Assembly: GCA_937902665.1 (NCBI GenBank)
Contig: CALELM010000046.1
Span: 3,740-67,739 of the forward strand
Source of the DNA: an uncultured Selenomonadaceae bacterium
GTDB taxonomy: Bacteria > Bacillota > Negativicutes > Selenomonadales > Selenomonadaceae
DNA length: 64,000 bases
Direction of reading: 5' to 3'
A model generated the notes under the pieces. That model ran no database searches. It was not told the DNA's origin and saw only the letters and a program-made list of their open reading frames with translations. The translations under genes and the position numbers were made by a program. Position 1 is the stretch's first letter; the number at the start of each line of letters is the position of its first letter. Positions 62,867 to 64,000 of the stretch are shown in pieces.

Positions 62867-64000
62867 ATGGATCATGGCAGTGATTTGATGCGCAGTTGCG
62901 AGAAATATCTCAGCCAAACGCTGATGGGACGATCGTTTGACGAGGTGAGGTTTTTAGAGTATATGGAGCCTGTGTTCAAGCGGTTGGGGTATCGGGTACT
63001 GGACCGCACGAAAAGGGAGTGTATTCTGGTCATTCGATTGGATGGGCTCACGGGGGCAGTGCTGACTACGGGATTTTTGCGTGAGCTTCGGCAGAACAAA
63101 CCTCAGGCATGCATTGTACTGGTCACAGATGAGAATTCTGCTTCTTTGATGGAGCAGTGTCCCTACATTGACGAGATGCATAGTTTTTCCCTCAAGAGGA
63201 ATATGGCATTTCAGGAAATGTTTCGCTTTGTGTATCATTTTTGCCAAAAATATCTTTGGAACAGGAACTATGATTTGTGCCTGCTTCCGAAATGGGGGGA
63301 TTCCTCTGTTGGGACAATCCTGCTTGCCTATTTGAGCGGCGCGAGGGAACGCATTGGTTTTGCAAGCGTGGAACTGAGCCAAAAATCGAGCCTGAACAGG
63401 AATCTCGATGTCTTTTTGACGGAGGTGCTGGAGGCACCGGCTGATGTCATTCATGAAACTGCCCGTGGATACTATTTGCTTCAAAGGGCAGGAATGAAGA
63501 TTGCGCATGATGAGCTGGAGCTGTGGACGGCAGCGCATGTCCAAGAAAAGGTAGAACGTTTTTTGAGCAATCACCTTTATGGGAGACCGTTTATTGCCGT
63601 GGGGATCGGCGCTTCTCAGGCAAGCTGCAAGTATCCCGTGGATAAATACCTGAAGGCATTCCAAAAAATAGCGGAGACTGGTATGCAGTTCGTGCTTCTG
63701 GGCGGCGCAGAGCTTGATCTGGAGGGGCAGTTCTTCCTTCGCCAAATGCCGAGAGGCTCTGTTATCAACCTGATAGGGCAGACAAGGCTGCCCATCTTGG
63801 CAGCTGTTCTTTCCAAAGCAATGCTTTATATTGGAAATGAGAATGATCTGGTTGCTATGGCGGCAGCCTGCGAGATTCCTGTGATCGAGCTGCTGGCAGA
63901 GGCAGAAGACAAGATGGACGAGCCAGCTGTCTACAGCAGCTACGAGAGGTTCTTCCCGTGGAAGACACCGTCTATCATACTTCGTCCGACCAAGGCACTT
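62867..64000 (+). CDS. GT9-family (heptosyltransferase-like) glycosyltransferase, 3' end outside the window
   Basis: The frame is open to the window edge. ILVIRLDGLTGAVLTTGFLRELRQNKPQACIVLVTDE... and ...LIGQTRLPILAAVLSKAMLYIGNENDLVAMAAACEIPVIEL. Confidence 0.75.
   Translation, partial: MDHGSDLMRSCEKYLSQTLMGRSFDEVRFLEYMEPVFKRLGYRVLDRTKRECILVIRLDGLTGAVLTTGFLRELRQNKPQACIVLVTDENSASLMEQCPYIDEMHSFSLKRNMAFQEMFRFVYHFCQKYLWNRNYDLCLLPKWGDSSVGTILLAYLSGARERIGFASVELSQKSSLNRNLDVFLTEVLEAPADVIHETARGYYLLQRAGMKIAHDELELWTAAHVQEKVERFLSNHLYGRPFIAVGIGASQASCKYPVDKYLKAFQKIAETGMQFVLLGGAELDLEGQFFLRQMPRGSVINLIGQTRLPILAAVLSKAMLYIGNENDLVAMAAACEIPVIELLAEAEDKMDEPAVYSSYERFFPWKTPSIILRPTKAL

Noticed and set aside
1-64000. 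tRNA, rRNA, tmRNA, RNase P, CRISPR arrays, IS transposases, integrases, prophage genes
   Set aside because: No cloverleaf-like or conserved core sequences, no regularly spaced direct repeats, and no transposase or integrase-like ORFs were seen on either strand. The search was by eye only, so small elements could have been missed.

Overview
The window is chromosomal DNA, about mid-50s %GC by eye. It looks like a motile diderm Firmicute (Negativicutes, Selenomonas-like). That lineage call is an inference: the flagellar gene order is Bacillus-type, but flgA/flgH/flgI L- and P-ring genes are also present.

Layout:
- 0-13.5 kb: mixed housekeeping and accessory genes. These are the 3' end of an FAD oxidoreductase, a ~1.1-kb fossil restriction-modification/vsr islet bounded by 29-bp direct repeats, an HD-GYP protein, a hexokinase, an orphan promoter-to-terminator unit with no credible ORF, a REC-degenerate GGDEF-EAL protein, a HAD hydrolase, a mutarotase-like protein, sucCD, an isolated yvyF-like gene flanked by a ~150-bp repeat element, and ldh.
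- 13.8-19.5 kb: mbl/mreB-flgF-flgG-flgA-flgH-flgI-flgJ (rod-binding domain only).
- 19.6-29.3 kb: envelope and housekeeping genes. These are an AMIN-phosphodiester glycosidase, an S55-like peptidase, murA, an AAA+ enhancer-binding-type regulator without GAFTGA, trmB, ftsW/rodA and a ygbA-like gene.
- 29.6-40.7 kb: late flagellar cluster yvyF-flgM-flgN-flgN'-flgK-flgL-yviE-fliW-csrA-flaG-fliD-fliS-fliT-fliC.
- 40.8-64 kb: a single-strand glycosyltransferase (GT) island of more than 23 kb, directly behind the flagellin gene.

The island is the most unusual content. It has four GT2-TPR modules (three fused in one 1321-aa ORF). It has five intact and one degenerate TPR-GT41 (OGT-like) modules, three of them fused in one 1660-aa ORF. 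It also has two paralogous TPR/GT-A-like proteins around a methyltransferase, then GT2, GT8 and GT9 enzymes. No sugar-nucleotide biosynthesis genes are present.

I saw no rRNA, tRNA, CRISPR, transposase or integrase genes. All calls come from reading the sequence and the ORF track. Start codons were chosen by eye, and no database search was run.
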